From an uncultured Gammaproteobacteria bacterium (GTDB taxonomy: Bacteria > Pseudomonadota > Gammaproteobacteria > Magnimaribacterales > D2472): a stretch of 64,000 nt of DNA. Position numbers and translations under genes: made by a program. The stretch spans positions 10,912 to 74,911 of the forward strand of contig CAJXAZ010000001.1 in assembly GCA_913050015.1 (NCBI GenBank), read 5' to 3'. Shown here piece after piece: positions 1-10,132 of this stretch; positions within the stretch are counted from its first letter, which is position 1, and every line of letters starts with the position of its first letter. Below the pieces are notes generated by a model. The model made no database searches and was not told the origin of the DNA. It saw only the letters and a program-made list of their open reading frames with translations.

Positions 1-537
1 GGAGACAATAATATTTTTAGAGAAGGGGTTACTATTCATAGAGGGACTATTCAGGATAAGGGTGTTACCAAGATAGGGCATGATAATCTTTTCATGGCTT
101 ATGTTCATATTGCACACGACTGTATTGTTGGAAGCAATAATGTCTTTGCTAATAATGCAGGATTAGCAGGCCACGTTGAAGTGGGTAGTTCTGTAGTAAT
201 AGGAGCCTTTACAACAGTCCATCAATTTTGCAAGTTAGGCGACTATTCCTTCGCAGGAATGAATGCTTCTATAACAATGGACATACCAGCCTATATCAAG
301 GCAGCCTCTAATCCAGCAAGAGTTGTTGGTTTAAATTCTATTGGAATGTCTAGAAATAATATATCTGATGAATCAATAGCCTTAATAAAGAAAGCTTATA
401 AAGTTGTTTATAGACGAGACCTGAAATTGGATGATGCTCTAATAAAGCTAAATACTATGTTGAATGAAACAGATGATCTTTGTCTTAATACCTTCATTAA
501 ATCTATAAAAGCTTCTGAAAGAGGAATCTTAAGATAA
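1..537 (+). CDS. lpxA: UDP-N-acetylglucosamine O-acyltransferase LpxA, C-terminal part (5' end lies outside the window)
   Basis: Frame 1 is open from base 1 (GDNNIFREGVTIHRGT...GHDNLFMAYVHIAHDC). It shows hexapeptide-repeat beta-helix sequence followed by a helical tail. It sits directly upstream of lpxB-rnhB-dnaE, as in E. coli. Confidence 0.9.
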   Translation, partial: GDNNIFREGVTIHRGTIQDKGVTKIGHDNLFMAYVHIAHDCIVGSNNVFANNAGLAGHVEVGSSVVIGAFTTVHQFCKLGDYSFAGMNASITMDIPAYIKAASNPARVVGLNSIGMSRNNISDESIALIKKAYKVVYRRDLKLDDALIKLNTMLNETDDLCLNTFIKSIKASERGILR

Positions 538-1656
538 GTGCCTAGTAAGCCAACTCTTAGAGTAGGGGTAGTTGCAGGAGAATACTCTGGGGACAGGCTT
601 GGTTCAGGCGTTATCGAAGCTTTAAAAATAAATTATAATGTTCAACTCTTTGGAGTTGGCGGTCCGGAAATGACAAATCAAGGACTTAATTCAGAATTTG
701 ATTTTAAAAAACTTCATATAATGGGCCTTATCGAGCCACTATTAAATATAAGAGAACTAACAAAACTAAGAAAAAATTTAATTAAAAAGTTTGTTCATGA
801 AGACATAGATTACTTCATAGGGATTGATTCACCTGATTTTAATATGGGAATTCATAAGGCTCTTAAAAATAAAAAAATATCTAAAAATATACAAATTGTT
901 AGCCCTTCTGTCTGGGGGTGGAGACAGGGCAGGATCAAGTCCATTGAAAAATATATAGACTTTACGGCCTGCTTATTTAATTTTGAAGATAAGTTTTATA
1001 AAGAGAGGGGTCTTAATAGTATTCATTTAGGGCATCCTTTTTCTGAAATTATGCATGCAGATATTACTGATGTTAAATCAAAATTTAATTTAAAAAATGA
1101 TATGAGGTTTATATCTATCCTTCCTGGAAGTAGAGAATCTGAAATTAAAAAAATGTTACCTATTTATATAGATTTTATTAAAAAACATAATCAAGAATCT
1201 AATAATTTTACTTATCTTATTCCTGCTGCGGATAAAGATTTAAAAAATTTAATTGATTCCTATCTTCATGAAAGTAATCTTCCTATAGTTGTTGAATGTA
1301 ATTGCTCTAGAGAATTCCTGTCAATTTCAGAATATTCAGTAGTGACATCTGGTACAGCCTCTCTTGAAGCAGCTGTACTGGGAGCTAATCCAATTATTTG
1401 CTACAAAACAAGCGCCTTAAATTTTTCTATAATCTCACGAATGTTAAAAGTTAAACACATCGGTCTTCCAAACTTACTTCTTAATAACAGAAGATATCCA
1501 GAACTTCTTCAGAATGAATGTACAGCAGAGACCATATACCTGGAAGCTAAGTCACTTGAAAATGATCCGTCAAAAAAAGATGATAAAAACTATATTAGAA
1601 AACTTTTAATGGGTGAAGGTTATCTAGAAACTGCTGATAGAATTGCTCTCCTTTGA
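538..1656 (+). CDS. lpxB: Lipid-A-disaccharide synthase
   Basis: GTG start immediately after the lpxA stop. The N-terminus LRVGVVAGEYSGDRLGSGVIEALK matches the LpxB N-terminal block. Length 372 aa. Conserved lpxA-lpxB-rnhB order. Confidence 0.93.
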   Translation: MPSKPTLRVGVVAGEYSGDRLGSGVIEALKINYNVQLFGVGGPEMTNQGLNSEFDFKKLHIMGLIEPLLNIRELTKLRKNLIKKFVHEDIDYFIGIDSPDFNMGIHKALKNKKISKNIQIVSPSVWGWRQGRIKSIEKYIDFTACLFNFEDKFYKERGLNSIHLGHPFSEIMHADITDVKSKFNLKNDMRFISILPGSRESEIKKMLPIYIDFIKKHNQESNNFTYLIPAADKDLKNLIDSYLHESNLPIVVECNCSREFLSISEYSVVTSGTASLEAAVLGANPIICYKTSALNFSIISRMLKVKHIGLPNLLLNNRRYPELLQNECTAETIYLEAKSLENDPSKKDDKNYIRKLLMGEGYLETADRIALL

Positions 1657-2198
1657 AAAGTCTAATAGCAGGAGTTGATGAAGTTGGGCGTGGTTGTTTG
1701 GCAGGCCCAGTTATAGCAGCTGCAGTTATCCTCAAAAAAAAAATAGCTAATTTAGATGATTCTAAAAAATTAAGTTCTAATAAACGTGAAGAATTATCAA
1801 TGATCATAATCCAGAATTCTTATTATGCATTTGGATCTGCATCTCCTGAGGAAATAGATAGTATAAATATTCTTCAGGCTTCTTTATTGGCAATGAAACG
1901 AGCTATACTAAATCTTCCAATTATTCCTGATGAAGTACTGGTTGATGGAAATCAAAAGCCAGATATTGACCTACCAACTCAGACAATAATAGGAGGCGAT
2001 TCTTTGATTGCAGAGATAAGTGCGGCATCAATAATTGCTAAAGTTTACAGAGATAATCTAATGATAGAATTTAATAATAAATACCCCAACTATGGTTTTG
2101 CACAGCATAAAGGGTATGGAACTAGAGCGCACTTAGAGAGTATTAAGTCTTTTGGCTATTGCTCAATACACAGGAAAACTTTTAAGGGCGTTATTTAA
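1653..2198 (+). CDS. rnhB: Ribonuclease HII
   Basis: TTG start overlapping the lpxB stop (TTGA). Contains the AGVDEVGRGCLAGPV active-site block. Length 181 aa. Confidence 0.93.
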   Translation: MKSLIAGVDEVGRGCLAGPVIAAAVILKKKIANLDDSKKLSSNKREELSMIIIQNSYYAFGSASPEEIDSINILQASLLAMKRAILNLPIIPDEVLVDGNQKPDIDLPTQTIIGGDSLIAEISAASIIAKVYRDNLMIEFNNKYPNYGFAQHKGYGTRAHLESIKSFGYCSIHRKTFKGVI

Positions 2199-2202
2199 CT
2201 AG

Positions 2203-5200
2203 ATGAAAAATGTATTCTCACATCTCAGAGTATCCTCTGAATATAGTATTACCCAAGGCTTACTAACTATTAATCAAATTGTAGACAGCGCTGTTAAGCA
2301 CTCCATTCCATCTGTTGCATTAACAGATAGATCAAATATGTTTGGTTTGGTGAAGTTCTTTAATAAATGTGAGGCCTCTGGAATAAAGCCTATATCAGGG
2401 TCATCTATAAGAGTTATATTCGATGATGATGAACAGTCGCATGAACTTCTTTGTTTAGCAAAAACAAACATAGGTCATAAAAACTTAATGAGAATTATTT
2501 CCTCTGCCCATAATAATTATAGCTACCAAAGCCCAATCATAAATTTTAACGATTTAGCAAAATTAAAAGATGACATTATCGTTGTTTCAGGTGGAAAGGA
2601 TAGTCATATATTTGACCTACTTAAGAGAAACAAACTCGAAGATGCTGAGAAAAAAATTGACAGCTTTCTTAAGGTATTTGATGACGACTTTATTTTAGAG
2701 GTACAAAAAACAAATAGACCTGATGAATTTGAGTATTTTTCTAATATCCTTCCTATAGCAACGACAAAGGGAATTCCTTTAATAGCTACCAATGATGTAC
2801 TTTTTGCTAAACCCGATGATTTTGATACTCACGAGACAAAGGTTTGTATTAATACAGGTAAAACCCTTAATGATCCAAATCGTGAAAAAATTTTTTCGCA
2901 AGAGCAATTCTTTAAGTCATCTGATGATATGGCAAAATTATTTAAAGGGTTTGACTCTCTCTTAGAAAATACTAATGAAATATCAAAGAAATGTAATGTT
3001 TCAATCCATACAAAACAATATTTTTTACCAGAGTACCCTGTTCCAGAAGAGCATAATTTTGATTCTTTTTTGGTAGATCTCTCTAAAAAAAGATTACAAG
3101 AATTTATTAATGATTTTGATGATGAAAAGAATAAAATTTATACAGATAGGCTCGAGTATGAGCTCAATCAGATAAAAACAATGGGTTTTTCTAGTTATTT
3201 TTTAATTGTTTATGATTTTATTCAATGGTCAAAAGATAATGATGTTCCTGTAGGCCCTGGAAGGGGTTCTGGAGCAGGTTCCCTGGTTGCATTTGCTCTT
3301 GGAATAACAACTCTTGATCCTATTTATCACGGATTGCTTTTTGAAAGGTTTTTAAATCCAGAAAGAGTATCCATGCCAGATTTTGATATTGATTTCTGTA
3401 TGGAGAAAAGAGACAAGGTCATAGAATATGTTAGTAATAAATATGGTTCAAATTCTGTTTCTCAGATAGCTACTTTTGGAACGATGGCTGCTAGAGCGGT
3501 AGTAAGAGATGTTGCTAGAGCTTTAGGAAAACCCTATGCAGTTGGGGATAGAATTTCTAAGATGATTCCTTTTGCACCAGGAATGACATTAGATAAGGCT
3601 AAGGAAGATCAACCTATTTTTGCCCAGGCTGCAAAAAATGATCCAGAGGTTAAAGAGGTAGTTGATTTGGCATATAAGTTAGAAGGTATTGCTAGGAATG
3701 TCGGCAAGCATGCTGGAGGTGTAGTTATTGCGCCAGGAAGTATTTCAGATTTCTGTCCTGTTTATAATGATAGGCAATCCTCATCAGTTATGACCCAATA
3801 TGACAAAGATGATGTAGAGAAAATTGGACTTGTTAAATTTGATTTTCTTGGATTAAGAACACTAACAGTAATTGATCGCGCTGTTAAATCTATCAACGCA
3901 TCTAAAAAAACAGATGATCTATTAAATTTAGATAATATTCCTCTCGATGACCCCAAGGTATTTGAATTGCTTTCTTCTGGAAAAACAATGGCTATTTTTC
4001 AACTTGAATCTACTGGAATGAGAGCTCTCATAAAGAGCTTAAAGCCATCTAAGTTTGAAGAAATAACAGCATTATTGGCCTTATATAGGCCGGGACCCTT
4101 AAATTCTGGCATGCACACCACCTTTGTAGAGCGAAAGCATGGAAAAAGCTCGGTAGTATACCCTCATGAGCTTTTAGAGCCTGTTTTGTCTGAGACATAT
4201 GGAGTTATCGTTTATCAGGAGCAGGTCATGGAAGCCGCCAGAGTTCTTGCTGGATATTCAATGGGACAGGCAGATATTCTTAGAAGAGTTATGGGTAAGA
4301 AGAAAATTGAAGAGATGGAAGAGCAGAGAGAAATTTTTGTAAAAGGATGTGAAGAGAAATCTATTTCTGCCAAAAAAGCTAATGAAATTTTCGAACTAAT
4401 AGAGCAATTTGCAGAATACGGATTTAATAAATCTCATTCAGCCGCATACGCGGTAATATCCTATCAAACAGCTTTTCTTAAAACCTATTACCCAGAACAC
4501 TTCATGTCAGCTGTCTTATCTACAGAGCTTGGAAACACAGATAAAATTCATGCATTAATTCAAGAATGCAAAAGAATGAATATAAAAGTGTTAAACCCAA
4601 ACATTTTAACAAGCAGCAAAAGATTTCTTGTTAATGGTGATTTAGATATTGAGTATGGGCTTGGAGCTATAAAAGGTGTTGCTGATTCTTTCATTAAGCA
4701 TGTTTGCTCTATAAGAGAGTCTGTTAATTTTAAAGATTTATGGGACTTTTCTAAAAAAGCAGATATTAAGCTTGGAGGAAAGAAATCTTTAGAGGCTTTA
4801 TCTCAGTCAGGCGCATTTGATAATATTGCACCATCTAGGACCATTGCCATTGCTTGTATAGAAGACATGCTTAAAGATAGTACCAAGACATCAAATGGTT
4901 CCAGTGTAAAGAGTGGTGACTTATTTGCCTCCATAGATGAGAATTTTGATCCATATGAAAAATATAAAAATTTACCTGACCTTACTATGAGTGAATTACT
5001 GTCTTTAGAAAAAAAATCGCTAGGTTATTACTTATCAGGCCATCCCGTAGATGCAATTGGAGGCAAGATTGAAAAACTCAGATCAAGAAAGATTGGAGAC
5101 ATAACAAACGACATAAAAAAAGCATCTCTTGTTTGTCTTATAAATAGCGCTAGACAAATCAAAGATAGAAAAGGGAATCCACTAACATTTATCAATTTTG

Positions 5201-5643
5201 ATGATGGAAGTGGTGTAATGGATGGGGTTGTAGCTAGTGATACCTTGGAAACATGTCATGGTATTTTAAAAGAAGGAAGTATTCTTATTTTAAAAGGATC
5301 TATAGAGCTTGATGATTACAAATCAAAAGATTTAGGAGATGCAATGTATAGGATGAGAGTTAGAGAGGTCGACTCTCTAGATACGGAGCTTGAAAGGAAG
5401 GTAAGGGAGGTAATGATAAATATTGAAAAATCTGATATCTCATCTCTAGATACTCTCTCAGAGAAGCTTGGAGAAATAAAAGATGATTTTTGGATGCACG
5501 GAAGCTGCCAGTTAAACATTAAAGTTAAGACAGGCGAATCTGAAGCTATAATAAGCGCAGGTGAGAAATTTAAATTTCTACCAACTTTAATAAATTTAAC
5601 TTATTTGGAAGAAATATTTGGTACGAGTGCACTGGAGATATAA
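2203..5643 (+). CDS. dnaE: DNA polymerase III alpha subunit
   Basis: 1146 aa. N-terminal PHP domain (HLRVSSEYS), GSGAGSLVAFALGIT and PDFDIDF palm motifs, and a C-terminal OB region. Confidence 0.97.
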   Translation: MKNVFSHLRVSSEYSITQGLLTINQIVDSAVKHSIPSVALTDRSNMFGLVKFFNKCEASGIKPISGSSIRVIFDDDEQSHELLCLAKTNIGHKNLMRIISSAHNNYSYQSPIINFNDLAKLKDDIIVVSGGKDSHIFDLLKRNKLEDAEKKIDSFLKVFDDDFILEVQKTNRPDEFEYFSNILPIATTKGIPLIATNDVLFAKPDDFDTHETKVCINTGKTLNDPNREKIFSQEQFFKSSDDMAKLFKGFDSLLENTNEISKKCNVSIHTKQYFLPEYPVPEEHNFDSFLVDLSKKRLQEFINDFDDEKNKIYTDRLEYELNQIKTMGFSSYFLIVYDFIQWSKDNDVPVGPGRGSGAGSLVAFALGITTLDPIYHGLLFERFLNPERVSMPDFDIDFCMEKRDKVIEYVSNKYGSNSVSQIATFGTMAARAVVRDVARALGKPYAVGDRISKMIPFAPGMTLDKAKEDQPIFAQAAKNDPEVKEVVDLAYKLEGIARNVGKHAGGVVIAPGSISDFCPVYNDRQSSSVMTQYDKDDVEKIGLVKFDFLGLRTLTVIDRAVKSINASKKTDDLLNLDNIPLDDPKVFELLSSGKTMAIFQLESTGMRALIKSLKPSKFEEITALLALYRPGPLNSGMHTTFVERKHGKSSVVYPHELLEPVLSETYGVIVYQEQVMEAARVLAGYSMGQADILRRVMGKKKIEEMEEQREIFVKGCEEKSISAKKANEIFELIEQFAEYGFNKSHSAAYAVISYQTAFLKTYYPEHFMSAVLSTELGNTDKIHALIQECKRMNIKVLNPNILTSSKRFLVNGDLDIEYGLGAIKGVADSFIKHVCSIRESVNFKDLWDFSKKADIKLGGKKSLEALSQSGAFDNIAPSRTIAIACIEDMLKDSTKTSNGSSVKSGDLFASIDENFDPYEKYKNLPDLTMSELLSLEKKSLGYYLSGHPVDAIGGKIEKLRSRKIGDITNDIKKASLVCLINSARQIKDRKGNPLTFINFDDGSGVMDGVVASDTLETCHGILKEGSILILKGSIELDDYKSKDLGDAMYRMRVREVDSLDTELERKVREVMINIEKSDISSLDTLSEKLGEIKDDFWMHGSCQLNIKVKTGESEAIISAGEKFKFLPTLINLTYLEEIFGTSALEI

Positions 5644-5677
5644 CTTACTTAATTGTAAATAGTTTGTAATATGAATT

Positions 5678-6676
5678 ATGGTAGAAAATAAAAATACATC
5701 AGATGGCTATGATCCTGGTCAAAAGAACTCTGAAGATCAAAAGTTTTTAGATTTTGAAAAGCCTATCGAAGATATTTCAGAAAAAATAAGCGCTCTCAGA
5801 CTTGCCTCATCAGATGCCCCTGAAATCAATAAAGAAATTGTTGCTTTAGAAAATCAGAGAGACGCCTTAACAAAAAAAATCTACTCGAAACTTTCAATAT
5901 GGCAAACTGTTCAAGTCGCAAGGCATCCCCAAAGACCTCATACTTTAGATTTTATAAAAAGAATTTTTAGTGATTTTGATGAGTTACATGGCGATAGACA
6001 GTTTGGAGATGATGCTGCTTTAGTTGGTGGCATGGCTTATCTTGAAAATACTCCTGTCATGATAATTGGTCATGAGAAGGGAAGAGAAACAGAAGAAAAA
6101 GTAAGAAGAAATTTTGGTATGCCTCAGCCAGAGGGTTATCGTAAAGCTAAGAGATTAATGCAATTTGCAGAACAGTTTTCTCTGCCCGTTATTACTTTTA
6201 TTGATACAGCTGGAGCTTATCCTGGTATTGAGGGAGAGCAAAGGGGTCAAAGCGAGGCAATAGCTAGAAATTTAGCAGTTATGTCTGAACTTAAAACACC
6301 AATTATTGTAGTTGTTACAGGTGAGGGTGGTTCAGGTGGCGCTTTAGCTATTAGCATTGGAGATCATTTATCAATGCTTGAATATGCAACATATTCTGTA
6401 GCATCTCCTGAGGCATGTGCATCAATTATTTGGAGAACTCCAGATAAAGCTCCTGAAGCAGCTAATGCAATGAAAGTTTGCTCCTCAGAGCTAAAAAAGA
6501 TCAATGTTATAGATGAGGTTATTTCAGAGCCAGTTGGCGGAGCTCATAGAGATTTTGATATCGTGTCTGCAAATATCAAAGCATCACTTGTTAATAATTT
6601 AACTATTTTAAGCAAATACTCTATGGATGATCTTCTTGAAAGAAGATATAAAAGGCTCATAGATATAGGTGCTTAG
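5678..6676 (+). CDS. accA: Acetyl-CoA carboxylase carboxyltransferase alpha subunit
   Basis: Contains [20 protein letters not shown] and IDTAGAYPG blocks. It carries about 20 extra N-terminal residues relative to E. coli AccA (comparison from memory), and I see no alternative start codon. Confidence 0.93.
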   Translation: MVENKNTSDGYDPGQKNSEDQKFLDFEKPIEDISEKISALRLASSDAPEINKEIVALENQRDALTKKIYSKLSIWQTVQVARHPQRPHTLDFIKRIFSDFDELHGDRQFGDDAALVGGMAYLENTPVMIIGHEKGRETEEKVRRNFGMPQPEGYRKAKRLMQFAEQFSLPVITFIDTAGAYPGIEGEQRGQSEAIARNLAVMSELKTPIIVVVTGEGGSGGALAISIGDHLSMLEYATYSVASPEACASIIWRTPDKAPEAANAMKVCSSELKKINVIDEVISEPVGGAHRDFDIVSANIKASLVNNLTILSKYSMDDLLERRYKRLIDIGA

Positions 6677-6679
6677 ATT

Positions 6680-7636
6680 TTGATCAATCCTACGAATTTA
6701 ATAAAGCACATAGACCCAAATAAAAAAATCTATATTGGTTTTAGTGGTGGAGCAGACTCTACAGCCTTGCTTTATCTATTTGCAGATTTAAGACACAGCC
6801 ATTCTATTCAATTAGAAGCTATTCATGTGGATCATAATCTATCCCCAGATAATAATACTTGGGAATCTCACTGTAAAAAAATATGTAATAAATTAGATAT
6901 TATTCTGCATATTAAATCTGTTGATGTAGAGGTTGATGGCGATGGTCTTGAGTCTGCAGCAAGAAAGGCAAGGTACAAAGCTTTCTCAGATATCTTAAAA
7001 GAAGGAGAACAGTTATTACTTGGTCATCATGCAAATGATGTAGCTGAAACTATTTTAATAAGAATGTTTAGGGGAACTGGCATCGATGGACTTGAAGGTC
7101 CGGCATTAACAAGGTCAGTTGGTAAAGGGGTGCTTATAAGGCCTTTACTGGACTTAACAAAAACAGAACTTTTAGAGTATCTAAAAAATAATGAAATAAG
7201 CTTTATTGAAGATAGCTCAAATTTTGAAAGTAATCAGGACAGGAATTTTATTAGAAATGACGTAATTCCTTTGATTGAAGAAAGGTGGAAAAATATATCA
7301 TCTAGAATTCAAGCTACATCAGAAATTATTAGGGATAGAAATAAATCCTATTCATTCCTATTAAACAAGAGCTTTAATCACCTCATAAAAAATGAAATAC
7401 CTGTCCAAGACTTAAAGAAAGTTGATGGTGAGATATTAATCGATATATTAAGGGCTTCTATTCGCGAACAGAAAATCTCTTTGCCAAATAAAAAAATTAC
7501 TAAAGAAATTATTAAAACATTTATTTTATCCAGACCCGGACCAAGGTCGGAAGTTTCATGGTCTAGGGACGATCAAGACCTACCAGGGGGAAGGATTATT
7601 TATAGAGATGGCTGTATTGTTATCTTAAAGAAGTAG
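6680..7636 (+). CDS. tilS: tRNA(Ile)-lysidine synthase, short form
   Basis: TTG start. PP-loop GFSGGADSTALL. At 318 aa it lacks the long C-terminal domain of the roughly 430 aa E. coli enzyme. Confidence 0.85.
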   Translation: MINPTNLIKHIDPNKKIYIGFSGGADSTALLYLFADLRHSHSIQLEAIHVDHNLSPDNNTWESHCKKICNKLDIILHIKSVDVEVDGDGLESAARKARYKAFSDILKEGEQLLLGHHANDVAETILIRMFRGTGIDGLEGPALTRSVGKGVLIRPLLDLTKTELLEYLKNNEISFIEDSSNFESNQDRNFIRNDVIPLIEERWKNISSRIQATSEIIRDRNKSYSFLLNKSFNHLIKNEIPVQDLKKVDGEILIDILRASIREQKISLPNKKITKEIIKTFILSRPGPRSEVSWSRDDQDLPGGRIIYRDGCIVILKK

Positions 7637-7672
7637 CCTATATAATTATTAAAACATTTCACAGGAAAAGAT

Positions 7673-8446
7673 ATGAATTTCGATACCTTAGAGTTAATTA
7701 AAGAAAATAAAGTTGCGACAATTAAACTGAATAGGCCTGAACTGCTTAATGCTGTTAATGAACAACTAATCTGGGATCTTCAAAAAGCAACAGATGATGT
7801 TAGGGATGATCAAGATATCAAGGTTGTTATCATTACTGGAGCTGGAAGAGCCTTTTCTGCTGGCGCTGATTTAGGAGAGGGTAAGTCTAGTTGGGAGAGT
7901 TCTAAAGATGCATTAATGAGAGGCTATAAGCCAATTTTTTTAAATATTACATCAATGCCTAAGCCGGTAATTGCTTCTATTTCAGGACCCGCTGCTGGAA
8001 TCGGAGCTGCTATAGCTATGTCTTGTGATCTAAGAATGATGGCAGATAACGGTTATATTCTTTCTGTTTTTAGTAATATAGCTCTAGTTCCGGATGGTGG
8101 TTTGTCATGGCTTCTTCCTAAATTTATGGGTTATGCAAAAGCGTATGAGTATGCAATTGAAGCAAAGAAAATTACCGCCGATGAGTGTCTGCATTATGGA
8201 ATTGCAAATAAAGTCGTATCAAGTGATGAGCTGGAAAATAAAACAATGGAATGGGCTCTTAAATTATCTAAAAGATCATCTCAGGCACTTGGCCATACAA
8301 AAAAACTAATGAGAGAGTCTTTGCAGGTTGGTTACTGGGATACTTTTTCAAGCGAAGCTGAAATTCAGAATGATTTAACAAGAAGTCCTCAAAATCATGA
8401 GGCAGTTCAAGCCTTCTTTGAAAAAAGAGAACCTAATTTTGATTAA
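7673..8446 (+). CDS. Enoyl-CoA hydratase/isomerase (crotonase) family protein
   Basis: Crotonase oxyanion-hole blocks ITGAGRAFSAGADL and GPAAGIGAAIAMSCD. Length 257 aa. Substrate not assignable. Confidence 0.85.
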   Translation: MNFDTLELIKENKVATIKLNRPELLNAVNEQLIWDLQKATDDVRDDQDIKVVIITGAGRAFSAGADLGEGKSSWESSKDALMRGYKPIFLNITSMPKPVIASISGPAAGIGAAIAMSCDLRMMADNGYILSVFSNIALVPDGGLSWLLPKFMGYAKAYEYAIEAKKITADECLHYGIANKVVSSDELENKTMEWALKLSKRSSQALGHTKKLMRESLQVGYWDTFSSEAEIQNDLTRSPQNHEAVQAFFEKREPNFD

Positions 8447-10107
8447 CTATTATTAAGTTTACTTAATCCAACAATAATAGCTTCAAAGGATGCTCTTGTC
8501 GTATTGGGGTTAATACCTACACCCCAGTTAGTTTTTCCATCTTGCTCTAATTCTATATAAGCAGCTGCTTTAGCGTCAGAACCAGATGATATGGCTGATT
8601 GATGATAATCAGAAACTTTTATTACGGTTTTGAGTTCTTTAGAAAGACCATTGATAAAAGAATCAATTGGACCATTTCCTGAACCATTTATAGTTACCTC
8701 TTTTTCATCAATAATCATCTTTAGCTCTAAGTGATGAACTTCATCTTGGGATGAAGAGTTATGACTTATATAAGAAAAACCTTTCCTTGGGATTAAGAAA
8801 TTATCTTCAAATATTTTCCAGATCTCTGCAGTATTTATCTCTTTGCCAGATTCATCAGCTAGTTTTTGTATTTTTTGACTCATGCTAATTTGTAATCTTC
8901 TCGGCAGCGAAACGCCATGATCTTTTTCAAGTAAAAAAGCTACGCCTCCTTTGCCTGATTGCGAATTTATTCTTACAACAGCCTCATAACTTCTTCCCAA
9001 GTCAGCTGGGTCTATTGGTAAGTATGGTACTTCCCATACTGGATCATTAGATTCCCTCATCCCTTGGAAGCCCTTTTTTATAGCATCTTGATGCGAGCCT
9101 GAAAAGGCAGTAAAAACAAGATCTCCTGCGTAAGGATGTCTAGGATGAACAGGCAATTGATTGCAATACTCTACCTCTCGCATAACTGCGTTAATATTTG
9201 AAAAATCTAATTGCGGATCAATACCTTGGGTAAACATATTTAAAGCAAGAGTAACGATATCAACATTTCCAGTTCTTTCACCATTTCCAAAAAGAGTTCC
9301 CTCAACTCTATCGGCACCAGCCATTAATCCAAACTCTGTTGCCGCCACAGCAGTTCCTCTGTCATTGTGAGGATGAAGACTCAAACATATATCATCCCTA
9401 TATTGAAGATTTTGATTCATCCACTCTATCTGATCGCCATAGATGTTGGGTGTTGACATTTCAACAGTCGCTGGGAGATTGATAATTATTTTATGGTCAG
9501 ATACCTCTTTTAGGATTTCAACAACTGCATCACAAACCTCAGCAGCATAATCTAACTCAGTTCCAGTAAAGCTTTCAGGAGAGTATTCAAAACGCCAATC
9601 AGTATCTGGATTTTTTTCAGCAAGTTCTTTTATTTTTCTTGCACCACTAACTGCAATTTCTTTTATTCCAGCCTTATCTTGTTTAAATACAACTTTTCTT
9701 TGAAGCGTAGAAGTTGAATTATAAAAATGAACAATAGCTTGAGGAATTCCCTTTAAGGATTCAAAAGTTCTTTCGATTAGCTCATTTCTTGATTGAGTAA
9801 GGACCTGAATAGTCACATCAGATGGAATTTTTTTTGATTCAATAAGATCTCTAACAAAATCGAAATCAGTTTGAGAGGCAGAAGGAAAGCCAACTTCTAT
9901 CTCTTTAAACCTTAGGTCGCAAAGAAGCGCAAACATTCGATCTTTTCTTTCAGCTCCCATTGGCTCAATAAGGGCTTGATTTCCATCTCTAAGATCTACA
10001 GAGCACCAAAGAGGAGACTCTTTGATTACCTTTGAAGGCCATGATCTGTTTTCAAGTTCAATGGGCTTAAAAGCCTTATATTTGTTATTCTGATTATCCA
10101 TTTTCAT
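8443..10107 (-). CDS. leuA: 2-isopropylmalate synthase (long, about 555 aa type)
   Basis: Contains WCSVDLRDGNQALIEPM, LHPHNDRGTAVA and a C-terminal LeuA regulatory domain. The N-terminus is collinear with the Pseudomonas-type LeuA (from memory). The stop overlaps the crotonase stop by 4 nt (convergent). Confidence 0.93.
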   Translation of the reverse strand: MKMDNQNNKYKAFKPIELENRSWPSKVIKESPLWCSVDLRDGNQALIEPMGAERKDRMFALLCDLRFKEIEVGFPSASQTDFDFVRDLIESKKIPSDVTIQVLTQSRNELIERTFESLKGIPQAIVHFYNSTSTLQRKVVFKQDKAGIKEIAVSGARKIKELAEKNPDTDWRFEYSPESFTGTELDYAAEVCDAVVEILKEVSDHKIIINLPATVEMSTPNIYGDQIEWMNQNLQYRDDICLSLHPHNDRGTAVAATEFGLMAGADRVEGTLFGNGERTGNVDIVTLALNMFTQGIDPQLDFSNINAVMREVEYCNQLPVHPRHPYAGDLVFTAFSGSHQDAIKKGFQGMRESNDPVWEVPYLPIDPADLGRSYEAVVRINSQSGKGGVAFLLEKDHGVSLPRRLQISMSQKIQKLADESGKEINTAEIWKIFEDNFLIPRKGFSYISHNSSSQDEVHHLELKMIIDEKEVTINGSGNGPIDSFINGLSKELKTVIKVSDYHQSAISSGSDAKAAAYIELEQDGKTNWGVGINPNTTRASFEAIIVGLSKLNNS

Positions 10108-10132
10108 TAGTAAATGTTAATATTTTATCTCT

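Noticed and set aside
8094-8309. 71-aa alternate-frame ORF inside the crotonase gene
   Set aside because: It is a same-strand out-of-frame ORF within a gene with intact family motifs. There is no RBS and the composition is implausible.
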